Below are positions 26,695 to 34,496 of a stretch of DNA of 47,482 bases, in pieces. The notes beneath the pieces are model-generated. The model made no database searches. It was given only the letters and a program-made list of their open reading frames with translations, and was not told the DNA's origin. The position numbers were made by a program, and so were the translations under genes. Each line of letters opens with the position of its first letter. The stretch's first letter is position 1. The stretch is from positions 1 through 47,482 of IMG/VR virus record IMGVR_UViG_3300044470_000442, one strand, 5' to 3'. The stretch is from a virus.

Positions 26695-28947
26695 ATGGAA
26701 GCAGTAAGAGTAACCGGGGTAGCCTCATTCGTCGTTGCGCCGTTGATCGACGCAAGCAACCGACCATCATATCGAGCAAGCCCGACGATTGCAGCGGGCG
26801 ATTGTGTTATTATTAGGCACACGGCAGGGGCGTGGAACTCTGCAAACATCGGCACGCTCCCCGCAATTCTTGGCGGAGGTATAACAAAGCAAGTCCTTTT
26901 TACCCTTACCGCGACCGAATTGACAAGCGACAATCTTGACTATCCGATTATTATACAAATGATTGACCAGACGGCAACCAAGGAGTGGGACGATCAGGAA
27001 ATAGTCATTTGGACGAAAGCTCTACCCGTAAACGTGAAACAAATTGACGAGCTTGCCACAAGCGGAAACAACGCCACACTCAACCTTAAGCAGCTTAATA
27101 TTGTCAACTCGGCGGGAACGGCTATAATCGCAACGTCGAGCGGATCAAACGGAGCGGGTATGATTCTTACCGGACAAGGGACGGGACACGGGCTTTCTCT
27201 TCTTAGCGGGGCGGGAGCAACCGGCGACGGGCTGCACTCCATATCTCAATCGACAAACGGCCACGGCATCTACACTCTTGGAACGGGAACTGGCGACGGC
27301 ATGGAATTGAACGGAGGAAATACAAACGGTGTTGGTATTCATGCTCAGGGCAACGGAACAGGACATGGTCTTAATGCTATCTCAGGCAGTGGTGCTACTG
27401 GGGATGGGATCAACGCACAGGCGGTTTCAACCAATGGCAGAGGCATGATAACGACAGGAAATGGCTCAGGGGATGGGCTACGTTCAGTTGGTGGTACCAC
27501 CGGAAACGGAATAAACGGACAAAGTGGAGCAACGGCAGGAAACGGTCTCAACGCCACCTCAAATAGCGTCGGTGGGGCAGGGGCAAATTTCACGAGTGTT
27601 GGTGCCAGCGGGGTTGGTCTACAGGCACTTGGTAATACTGATGGAAATGGAATATATGTTGCCGGAGGAAACGCCGGTGCAGGCGTTGCTATATTTGCTG
27701 GAGGTGGGAGTAAGGATGGAATCGTATCGACCGGTTCCGGTACAGGTGCAGGAATGAGCCTTGTCGGAGGAGCAAGTGGAAACGGTCTTGGGTGCCAAGG
27801 CGGAACAGGAGCAGGAAACGGAATTTATTCCCGTGGTGGTGATACAGGTATTGCCAGCGCAGCAGGGTGCGCGATGCTCCTTGATGGGAGTCAGACAATA
27901 AATGCCGGAGCAACTGAGGATGATGGTTGCGGCCTTCGTATCATCAGCCGCGGTCAACTTTCTCCAGCGTTGCTTGTTAAGGGAGTAGGAAACCTCGGCT
28001 CGGCCTCCTATTATAGAACGACAAACAATGGTATTGCCCTTATATTATCTGGCTCTGGTAATGGTTCAGGATTGCAGGTCAACGCCGGGGCAACCGCCTC
28101 GGGCTTTGTCGTTACGGGAGGTGCTACATCAGGTGATGCTGTGCAGTTCACCGGACAAAATGGCAACGCTGTTGGTCTTAACATCGCAGGGCAAGGTACA
28201 CGCCCGGGTCTTCTGTCAACAGGCGGGGCAACGGGCCATGGCGCTCAATTCTCTGGTGGGGCAACGGGTGGTTTTGGGATGATCATTGCTGCCTCAGCCG
28301 GTAATTGGGATGGTCTTCACTGCAACGGATTTGGTATCGGAAGTGGCATCTACGCCATCTCAGGGGCAGGTGCTGCAGGAAATGGTATCACCGCCCAAAG
28401 CAATTCTACAAACGGGAACGGCTTCGCCTGCACTGGAAACGGCACAGGCAGTGGCGTCAATGCCCAGTCAGGTGCGGGAGCAACCGGCGACGGGATAACG
28501 GCAACGGCTCTTTCGACCAATGGGAGTGGAATGCTTTGCACCGGAGTAGGTACGGAGGGCGGGCTCAAGGCGGTCATGGGCCTTGGCGGAACGTTCGATT
28601 TTGAGGGAACGATTGACGCGGCTCTCGTAGGAACGCCAAACGTCAACGCAGTACAAATCAACGGGAGCGCAACGGCGGCGGCAAATCTCGGGGTTTCTGC
28701 CGACACGATGATTACCGGCACAATTGACACGTCAGCCTTCACGCCTACAACAAGTCAGTTTGATACGAGTATCACGGACACCGTTACCGATACGTACAAA
28801 GATCGGTGGGTCATCTTCACCAGTGGCCTGTTGATCAGGGAGGCAAAGCCTATTATCGGATACGCATTGGTGGCAGGAAAGGGACGCTTCTTATGTCAGG
28901 CCTTTGCCGGAGTTCCTTCAAACACCGATTCCTTCATCATCGTATAG
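26695..28947 (+). CDS. glycine-rich repeat (beta-solenoid-like) tail fibre / spike protein
   Basis: 750 aa with AAGGAG upstream. It contains roughly 40 tandem 11-13-residue units of the type G-x-G-x-G-hydrophobic-x-x-x-G/S (e.g. GTGHGLSLLSGA / GATGDGLHSISQS / TNGHGIYTLGT). Confidence 0.6.
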   Translation: MEAVRVTGVASFVVAPLIDASNRPSYRASPTIAAGDCVIIRHTAGAWNSANIGTLPAILGGGITKQVLFTLTATELTSDNLDYPIIIQMIDQTATKEWDDQEIVIWTKALPVNVKQIDELATSGNNATLNLKQLNIVNSAGTAIIATSSGSNGAGMILTGQGTGHGLSLLSGAGATGDGLHSISQSTNGHGIYTLGTGTGDGMELNGGNTNGVGIHAQGNGTGHGLNAISGSGATGDGINAQAVSTNGRGMITTGNGSGDGLRSVGGTTGNGINGQSGATAGNGLNATSNSVGGAGANFTSVGASGVGLQALGNTDGNGIYVAGGNAGAGVAIFAGGGSKDGIVSTGSGTGAGMSLVGGASGNGLGCQGGTGAGNGIYSRGGDTGIASAAGCAMLLDGSQTINAGATEDDGCGLRIISRGQLSPALLVKGVGNLGSASYYRTTNNGIALILSGSGNGSGLQVNAGATASGFVVTGGATSGDAVQFTGQNGNAVGLNIAGQGTRPGLLSTGGATGHGAQFSGGATGGFGMIIAASAGNWDGLHCNGFGIGSGIYAISGAGAAGNGITAQSNSTNGNGFACTGNGTGSGVNAQSGAGATGDGITATALSTNGSGMLCTGVGTEGGLKAVMGLGGTFDFEGTIDAALVGTPNVNAVQINGSATAAANLGVSADTMITGTIDTSAFTPTTSQFDTSITDTVTDTYKDRWVIFTSGLLIREAKPIIGYALVAGKGRFLCQAFAGVPSNTDSFIIV

Positions 28948-28959
28948 AAAGGACACGCT

Positions 28960-29217
28960 ATGACAACACCGGAGATGGTTACCCTTTGCCAGCAACACTC
29001 GGAGAAGCTGGACGAGATAGGAAAAAAGCTTGACGGAATTGACGAGCTTCTTCGCGGCACCGATGATAAGCCAGGACATACCACACGCCTTGTCTATGTT
29101 GAAAAGTTCGTCGGTGCCTGTAATAGGATGGCCTGGATTGTGGCAGGAACGTTCTTGACAGCCTTAACGATGATCTCTGTATACTGGGCGATTTTTCGCA
29201 TGAAACCACCGATGTGA
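28960..29217 (+). CDS. XhlA-like lysis-associated membrane protein
   Basis: 85 aa with an N-terminal coiled segment (EKLDEIGKKLDGIDELLRG) and a single C-terminal TM (MAWIVAGTFLTALTMISVYWAIF). Located directly upstream of the endolysin gene. Confidence 0.5.
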   Translation: MTTPEMVTLCQQHSEKLDEIGKKLDGIDELLRGTDDKPGHTTRLVYVEKFVGACNRMAWIVAGTFLTALTMISVYWAIFRMKPPM

Positions 29218-29230
29218 AATGAGGTAAAAC

Positions 29231-29788
29231 ATGATCTCTCCTACAAGTTATAAAAACGTACTTGCCATTTGCGCGAAGGCCCAGGATGTTTCGGGGCAAT
29301 TGCACTCCTTGACCGGTGCACTTTCCATGTCACAGGTGTTCGACAATGCCATCTATAAGCCTGAACACTTCAAGGTCTTTGAGGTCGTTGACCCGATAAC
29401 CTATTCGGCTTACGGTGACAAGTCCCTTTGGTTTATGGACTCACGCATCCTATGGACAGCCGATGCCCTTCGTGACTACTTTGGCAAGCCCTGTATAATC
29501 AACAATTATATGACCGCAAAGCAGGGAGAATACGTCTACAAGGACTCGGGTCTTAGGTACCAGGTGAACCCGGGCGCTGAGAGAAGCCAGCATCTTTACG
29601 GCAGAGCTACTGACATAAAAATACAAGGCGTTTCGGCAAATGATGCCAGGCAGGAAATTTTGTCAAAGCAGAAAACCGAAGCGGCCTTTCGCTTCATCAC
29701 TGCTGTCGAGCTTGATGTTTCCTGGCTGCATGTCGATTGCCGAAACACAAACCAGCCTGACATCCTGACCTTTTCAAAGGCTGGTTGA
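29231..29788 (+). CDS. endolysin, peptidase M15 family (zinc D-Ala-D-Ala / L-Ala-D-Glu peptidase type)
   Basis: 185 aa. The SQHLYGRATD and WLHVDCR motifs fit the H-x6-D...H zinc site of M15 peptidases. Confidence 0.8.
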   Translation: MISPTSYKNVLAICAKAQDVSGQLHSLTGALSMSQVFDNAIYKPEHFKVFEVVDPITYSAYGDKSLWFMDSRILWTADALRDYFGKPCIINNYMTAKQGEYVYKDSGLRYQVNPGAERSQHLYGRATDIKIQGVSANDARQEILSKQKTEAAFRFITAVELDVSWLHVDCRNTNQPDILTFSKAG

Positions 29789-29897
29789 GCGTGCGGTTCG
29801 ATCATTTTTGGTATTATTTCATTGGCATGATTGCCGTGACGTTTCTTGTCCTGAATATATTCGTCCATATTTTTCTTAAACCATAACTGGAGGTTTT

Positions 29898-30281
29898 ATG
29901 CTTCTCAAAGTTTTTAACCCGCAAACAATTCTCAACCTTCTCGCCCTCGTGGTGATCTTTGTGCAGATGAAGTTCGGCTTCTGGATTGACCCCTACGTCC
30001 AGGTCGTCATCATCGGCATCCTCAACGTCGTCGCACGTACCTTGATCCATAAGGATCTTTTTCCCAGCGACACGGCAGCTCCGGTACAGGCAAAACCTGA
30101 CCTTGGCAGTACGCCTTTGCTTCAGTCGAAGACGATGTGGATTTCCGTAATAGCAATCTTGTCACCAATCTACGAGAACGTAACCGGGCATAAGATACCT
30201 GGTGACCAGGCGGCAATGATCCTAACCCTCGTGACCTCTGCAATCAGCATGGTCACGCACAAGTCCTTGGTCCTGCGATGA
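29898..30281 (+). CDS. putative holin (multi-TM)
   Basis: 127 aa with GGAGG upstream and 3-4 hydrophobic helices (ILNLLALVVIFVQMKFGFWI, VQVVIIGILNVVARTLI, MWISVIAILSPIY, AAMILTLVTSAISMV). Located after the endolysin gene. Confidence 0.55.
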   Translation: MLLKVFNPQTILNLLALVVIFVQMKFGFWIDPYVQVVIIGILNVVARTLIHKDLFPSDTAAPVQAKPDLGSTPLLQSKTMWISVIAILSPIYENVTGHKIPGDQAAMILTLVTSAISMVTHKSLVLR

Positions 30282-30496
30282 GCTGGGTTGCCGTAATATC
30301 AGGGGTGGTAACCATCTTGGTTGCCATCCTCAAGCTTGTCACAGAGGAAAGACAAAAGACCCAAACGGGAGACGCTAGCTATGCGAAGAAAAAGGAAGAG
30401 TTTGATCAGGCCTTGGCTGGTAACGATGCTGCTGCTATCGACGTTGCCATTGATGCTGTGCTCCCCCCACCCGAAGGTGGTGATCATTCCAAGTGA
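30278..30496 (+). CDS. candidate i-spanin-like / small membrane lysis protein
   Basis: 72 aa. The start overlaps the holin stop (ATGA). It has an N-terminal TM (WVAVISGVVTILVAILKLV) followed by a charged helical tail. It is short for an i-spanin. Confidence 0.4.
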   Translation: MSWVAVISGVVTILVAILKLVTEERQKTQTGDASYAKKKEEFDQALAGNDAAAIDVAIDAVLPPPEGGDHSK

Positions 30497-30617
30497 CCAA
30501 GCGGTACAAGGTCTTACCGATTCAACAGCGACAATCAGTAAGGCTTTTCTTCAAAGGCTGTACCAGGCCTCTGCGTATTGGAAGGCCCAGTATGATGCCT
30601 GCAAATTAGGCCGCTGA
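30381..30617 (+). CDS. candidate o-spanin (lipoprotein-like), overlapping the preceding gene in another frame
   Basis: Internal ATG of track ORF 30321..30617, with GGGAGA 8 nt upstream. Translates to MRRKRKSLIRPWLVTMLLLSTLPLMLC-SPHPKVVIIP..., i.e. a basic n-region, an h-region, a Cys (non-canonical lipobox) and a Pro-rich mature part with a second Cys near the C-terminus. Confidence 0.4.
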   Translation: MRRKRKSLIRPWLVTMLLLSTLPLMLCSPHPKVVIIPSDQAVQGLTDSTATISKAFLQRLYQASAYWKAQYDACKLGR

Positions 30618-30821
30618 CTTCTCCTCCGGTACGTCTATGTTGACTGAAAAGGTACCCCGGTAGGTGCACTTGTTTTGAAACACCAGCAGTTCTCCGGTTC
30701 CTGCGGTCACTGGAGAAGAGCACAGGATGATTGGCTGGTTTGCTACCTCTTCCCGGAACGTGCACGCTGCACACTCACTTGCCAAATTACAGGTGATAAA
30801 ATTGATCGTTTTTTGAGACAT
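30606..30821 (-). CDS. small Cys-rich protein (71 aa), last gene of the leftward arm
   Basis: I prefer the ATG at 30821 (MSQKTINFITCNLASECAAC...) with GGGAGG upstream, rather than the track start at 30923. Its 3' end overlaps the convergent rightward arm by 12 nt. Confidence 0.5.
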   Translation of the reverse strand: MSQKTINFITCNLASECAACTFREEVANQPIILCSSPVTAGTGELLVFQNKCTYRGTFSVNIDVPEEKSAA

Positions 30822-30841
30822 AAAAACCTCCCTTTGCTTGG

Positions 30842-31084
30842 TTAACGAAAAATAATAATTAACAGCACGCCTCCTACAAAGGCAAGGGCTGCATTTATTC
30901 CTAAGAACCACCACATGTTCCAATCTATCGTGATCTCAGTATCCTTTGGCATTGGTGCGTAGTTTGTAGTGGTCAACCGTGGAATACAGTCAAGGCATTC
31001 TCTGAATATAATTCCAGAAGGTCGACTATATTTACAGGTATCACAAAGTTCGCGTATCACAACCCCTCCCAATTTTTTCTCCAT
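30842..31084 (-). CDS. small zinc-ribbon-like protein with C-terminal TM (80 aa)
   Basis: Internal ATG at 31084 of track ORF 30842..31156, whose listed start is TTG. Translates to MEKKLGGVVIRELCDTC...CLDC... plus the TM WWFLGINAALAFVGGVLLIIIF. The start is uncertain. Confidence 0.4.
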   Translation of the reverse strand: MEKKLGGVVIRELCDTCKYSRPSGIIFRECLDCIPRLTTTNYAPMPKDTEITIDWNMWWFLGINAALAFVGGVLLIIIFR

Positions 31085-31217
31085 TCCACTTATTATCGGT
31101 GATATACAAAGAGTACCGTTCCTCTTGTTTTTCAGGGTCAAGTAATTTGATCTCAAAGCCCCAACCTAATAACATAACAGCAACTCGCGTTAACAAATTA
31201 GGCGGATTGCATCTCAT
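31041..31217 (-). CDS. possible small ORF (58 aa); start and frame uncertain
   Basis: Internal ATG at 31217 of track ORF 31041..31289, with GAGG 5 nt upstream. It overlaps the next ORF by 44 nt. No family recognised. Confidence 0.25.
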   Translation of the reverse strand: MRCNPPNLLTRVAVMLLGWGFEIKLLDPEKQEERYSLYITDNKWNGEKIGRGCDTRTL

Positions 31218-31258
31218 AGCAACCTCAGGTGATATTTTAAGAAAATACGTTTTTTCTT

Positions 31259-31438
31259 TCACAACTCCTCCCGTTTGAAAAGAACCCATTGTAAGGCATT
31301 AACCTCAACCTCTTTTTGTTCCAAAATCATTTCTTGCAATTTTTGTTCAATCTCCCTGACATTGCGGACCTGCTCAACTGCATGTCGGGAGCAGTTTCGG
31401 CAGATGACCTCTCTGACCTTTTCCTCAAGCTCATTCAT
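31259..31438 (-). CDS. small helical protein (59 aa)
   Basis: The ATG at 31438 (MNELEEKVREVICRNC...) overlaps the stop of the upstream micro-ORF (ATGAATGA). Internal start of track ORF 31259..31492. Confidence 0.4.
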   Translation of the reverse strand: MNELEEKVREVICRNCSRHAVEQVRNVREIEQKLQEMILEQKEVEVNALQWVLFKREEL

Positions 31439-31565
31439 AACGGGAATCATTGAAAGAAATATCGGGCCGAGTATGTGGCGTGAACAAGACACAATCCTTT
31501 ACCATAGGATCGCCGTTACATTCCGGGAAACTTCGCGAGCATTCATCGCATTGTTCTTCTGCCAT
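31431..31565 (-). CDS. possible 44-aa Cys-rich micro-ORF
   Basis: Not in the track. ATG at 31565 with GGTGGA 5 nt upstream. Translates to MAEEQCDECSRSFPECNGDPMVKDCVLF... It is chained to both flanking ORFs. Confidence 0.35.
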   Translation of the reverse strand: MAEEQCDECSRSFPECNGDPMVKDCVLFTPHTRPDISFNDSRYE

Positions 31566-31566
31566 A

Positions 31567-31755
31567 TTAATCCACCTTTGCTAAAAGAAAATAAGCGGTG
31601 AAACCTATTTCTATGATAAAAAACACAAATAACACTACAGTGGAGACGAGACGTTCAATGCGCGACGCGTGCCCGGAGTCCGCTACGATGAGAACAATCA
31701 TACTGATTCCCATACAAACACTATTAACAAGGAACCATTTTATCATATTTATCAT
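31567..31755 (-). CDS. small two-TM membrane protein (62 aa)
   Basis: Two hydrophobic helices (FLVNSVCMGISMIVLIV and VSTVVLFVFFIIEIGFTAYFLL). The start overlaps the upstream stop. Confidence 0.5.
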   Translation of the reverse strand: MINMIKWFLVNSVCMGISMIVLIVADSGHASRIERLVSTVVLFVFFIIEIGFTAYFLLAKVD

Positions 31756-32429
31756 ACTTGTTTTCTCCTAATTATAGGTTTCTTATTAAGAAAGGATTGC
31801 TCCCAAGCGTTCGGTTCAGGCCACTTGCCCTGTATTTGAGTCCAGTCAAAAACAATCCAGACCCTTTGCCCGGTCAGTTCATTTATCGAACGCCAGGTCG
31901 TTTTGTTTAGCCCTGCAGACTCAACCAGCACTGGAGAAAAGGAGCCGTCGTATTTACACGCTGCTTCCAATGCCTTTATTGCCCCGGCAAGGACTTTTCT
32001 GTTGTATATCATTTTTGAAACAGGGGTTACCTCGTGGGAAACGCGTGACAAAAACTCTTTCCACGGTATTTTGTAGTCTTCCCTAAGAGTTCGTCGTATT
32101 GTTTGGTGAAGAGATCGCCGCCCGTCACGCGTTTCTACCTTCACCTCAGCGCCCGAGCTAAGGGATAAATCCGCATGCTCTAATATTCCCTTGAATAAAG
32201 TATCTCGGGGTATTGCCCTTTGCAGTTCTTCCGCTGTTTTCAGAGGCAGTATAATGCTGTCAGAAAGGTTATCCTTTGAGCCAAACGGTACCTCTTGTAT
32301 TATTGGTTCTGCCACGAATAGACCCGCGTTATTGCTGGAGATTCCAACAACAGTTCCGTCCTTTTCGATAAGGACAAACTCCCCGCCAACTGCCACTGCT
32401 CCTGCGAGCATTGCTTTATTGACCAGCAT
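31752..32429 (-). CDS. hypothetical protein (225 aa)
   Basis: Long ORF overlapping both neighbours on the same strand. No family securely recognised (see the rejected clamp-like idea). Confidence 0.6.
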   Translation of the reverse strand: MLVNKAMLAGAVAVGGEFVLIEKDGTVVGISSNNAGLFVAEPIIQEVPFGSKDNLSDSIILPLKTAEELQRAIPRDTLFKGILEHADLSLSSGAEVKVETRDGRRSLHQTIRRTLREDYKIPWKEFLSRVSHEVTPVSKMIYNRKVLAGAIKALEAACKYDGSFSPVLVESAGLNKTTWRSINELTGQRVWIVFDWTQIQGKWPEPNAWEQSFLNKKPIIRRKQV

Positions 32430-32907
32430 TGTTATTCATCTCCCTTTGTATTTTTTCATGGGATTCTCTTACTTTGGCAATACATCGTTTGCAGTGATCT
32501 CCTTTAGGGGAGGCCCAAACGGAAATAAAACCCACTGAGGCATCTTCAACCACTTGGCATTTATACCCGAGATTGATGAATTGCTTTACCATTTCATCAA
32601 TTGGCATCTTTGCCGTAATTTTTACCGGAAGATCATGCCCTATTTCTTTGGTATCTATAGTACATTGATAAACAAGAAACGCTCCTGTTTTAGCATATAC
32701 CGGATCGTAAATACCCCTTTCTATTTCTGCCAGTTCAAAGCGCACTATGTCCTGGTTCTCATCCATGAAGGTATTCAGTATTTCCCTCAATTTTTCAGAG
32801 AAATTTTTTCCCCTCGGAAAGCTGGAAATAAAGTCGATATGCTTCGTGGTGATAGCTACCGGGCAGGGGATTTTCCGATCAGCAAATTTTACGACGGGTC
32901 TTGGCAT
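32416..32907 (-). CDS. possible ribbon-helix-helix DNA-binding protein with C-terminal domain
   Basis: ATG at 32907 (MPRPVVKF...) with GGAG 6 nt upstream; the track start at 32919 is TTG. The N-terminus (CPVAITTKHIDFISS...FSEKLREILNTFMDE) resembles a beta-strand-helix-helix motif. Confidence 0.45.
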   Translation of the reverse strand: MPRPVVKFADRKIPCPVAITTKHIDFISSFPRGKNFSEKLREILNTFMDENQDIVRFELAEIERGIYDPVYAKTGAFLVYQCTIDTKEIGHDLPVKITAKMPIDEMVKQFINLGYKCQVVEDASVGFISVWASPKGDHCKRCIAKVRESHEKIQREMNNNAGQ

Positions 32908-32921
32908 TTCTTTCTCCAATG

Positions 32922-32955
32922 TTTAACCGCTTAAGAAGCCCTATTTAACCGCTTA
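32922..32955 (-). promoter_or_regulatory. tandem 12-bp direct repeats (TTTAACCGCTTA x2, 22-bp spacing) in the only sizeable gap of the operon
   Basis: Perfect copies at 32922..32933 and 32944..32955, located 15-48 nt upstream of the RHH-like ORF start and downstream of folE. Confidence 0.4.
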
Positions 32956-32991
32956 GAAACCTACGCTCCTGGAAATTTGACTCCCTTTTGG

Positions 32992-33894
32992 TCATCCTCT
33001 CCCTTTATCGCGGATAATCGAAAAGAACTCGGCCCGAGCTTTTCCTTCTTCTTTGAGGATACCCCGAAGAGAAGAAGTCATCATAACCGAGTTCTGTTTC
33101 TGAATACCCCGAATAACCATACAGAGGTGCTGGGCTTCAACCAATACAGCAACGCCAAGCGGGTTCAGATATTTCTCAACAGCGTCTGCAATTTGAGAAG
33201 TTAACCTTTCCTGTATTTGCAGGCGTCTTGAAAAGCAATCCACGAGACGGGCGAGTTTCGATATTCCAACAACCTTACCTCCTGCTGACGGAACGTAGGC
33301 AACATGAGCCTTACCAAAGAAGGGAAGTAGATGGTGCTCACAGGTGCTCGAAAACTCGATGTCCTTTAAAACGACCATTTCATCATAGGAACCATCGTTG
33401 TCAAAAACCTTGCTCAATATTTCTGCAGGGTTCTGCATGTACCCTTTATAAAGCTCATCCCATGACTTGAGAACCCTACGTGGCGTATCCTTTAAACCGT
33501 CGCGCGTCGGGTCTTCCCCGATGTATTGTAGGAAGCGTAGGGGAACGTCTTCGATGCTTCCCAACATGTCCCCTTCCCATGGAAATACGATCCACTCTTT
33601 TTCGAGTTTTTTTCTTTTGTCTATCAAAGCAAAAAACGGTCGGGCGTATTGTGTGAAATACCTTTGCATTGTCTTGCCCGAGTCAATAAGGTCATCGACA
33701 AACACGGTTGCGTGGTCGGGCGATGACGTAACAGTGGAACCGGGAATGTGCATTGCCACGGCATAGGCAACCGGAACCCCTCCACGGGGTACTCCGTAGA
33801 TAATTGGTTTCGGTCCTATCTCCGGTTGGTTTCCTATGTCCAGTGCGACGTTGCTTGCAAGAATATTTACGTCGGTAGTCGTAAGTTTTTTCAT
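32992..33894 (-). CDS. folE: fusion protein: N-terminal type I phosphoribosyltransferase (Gpt-like) + C-terminal GTP cyclohydrolase I
   Basis: 300 aa. The N-terminal part has [13 protein letters not shown], the PRPP loop [13 protein letters not shown] and EWIVFPWE (Gpt-like ending). The C-terminal part has the FolE motifs [34 protein letters not shown] and HLCMVIRG. Confidence 0.85.
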   Translation of the reverse strand: MKKLTTTDVNILASNVALDIGNQPEIGPKPIIYGVPRGGVPVAYAVAMHIPGSTVTSSPDHATVFVDDLIDSGKTMQRYFTQYARPFFALIDKRKKLEKEWIVFPWEGDMLGSIEDVPLRFLQYIGEDPTRDGLKDTPRRVLKSWDELYKGYMQNPAEILSKVFDNDGSYDEMVVLKDIEFSSTCEHHLLPFFGKAHVAYVPSAGGKVVGISKLARLVDCFSRRLQIQERLTSQIADAVEKYLNPLGVAVLVEAQHLCMVIRGIQKQNSVMMTSSLRGILKEEGKARAEFFSIIRDKGRG

Positions 33895-34496
33895 TATCGA
33901 ACTCCTATGAATTTATGTAGTTGAACACCAACACGCCATCGTGGCCCGAGCCTTTCACATTCCTCCATTGCCATAAGGAATACTTTCTTAGACCTGGTCT
34001 CCGGTGAAATGACCTGCAGGGAGTAGTCAATCGCTGGGAAAGAAGACCAGTCGTCCGCTTCGATTCCTTCCATATATGGATACAGTATTTTCAGAGAGAT
34101 GCACGAAGTTACCTTACAGTCCTTTCGAGGTATTTTTGGGCTCAAGGATACCTCTACCGGTTCACTGGAAATTGGAAACGTCCCGTTTGTTTCCAAATGA
34201 ATGACGTAATGGTTCTTTACCAAGACGAAGATCAAATCGTCTAACTTTTTCTGTAAAAGGGGTTCTCCACCGGTAAGAACAATCATGCGACACTTGTTGT
34301 CAGAAAGTACACTAACCTTTTCAAGAATATCCTCTATTCCCATTACTTGATAACCAGGTATCGAAGTGTCACAAAAAGCGCACATAAGGTTGCAGCCGTG
34401 GAACCTTACGAAGATTGCCGGATGTCCAGCGAACAGACCTTCACCTTGGATGCTTTTGAATATCTCGGCAACGTTATACATATTGTACCTCGACAA
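33894..34496 (-). CDS. queE: 7-carboxy-7-deazaguanine synthase (radical SAM)
   Basis: 200 aa. SIQGEG and the radical-SAM cluster motif [11 protein letters not shown]. The stop overlaps the folE start by 1 nt. Confidence 0.85.
   Translation of the reverse strand: MSRYNMYNVAEIFKSIQGEGLFAGHPAIFVRFHGCNLMCAFCDTSIPGYQVMGIEDILEKVSVLSDNKCRMIVLTGGEPLLQKKLDDLIFVLVKNHYVIHLETNGTFPISSEPVEVSLSPKIPRKDCKVTSCISLKILYPYMEGIEADDWSSFPAIDYSLQVISPETRSKKVFLMAMEECERLGPRWRVGVQLHKFIGVR

Noticed and set aside
26695-28947. Diversity-generating retroelement targeting the repetitive fibre genes
   Set aside because: No reverse transcriptase ORF and no template/variable repeat pair with adenine-specific differences are visible anywhere in the 47 kb.
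31752-32429. Two-domain sliding-clamp-like protein (gp45-sized, with DYKIPWKEF...VLAGAIKALEAA resembling the beta-clamp FPDY..V.P...L..A motif)
   Set aside because: The resemblance rests on one short pattern recalled from DnaN. No clamp loader is present, and the polymerase is family A. This is insufficient to call; HHpred or structure prediction would be needed.
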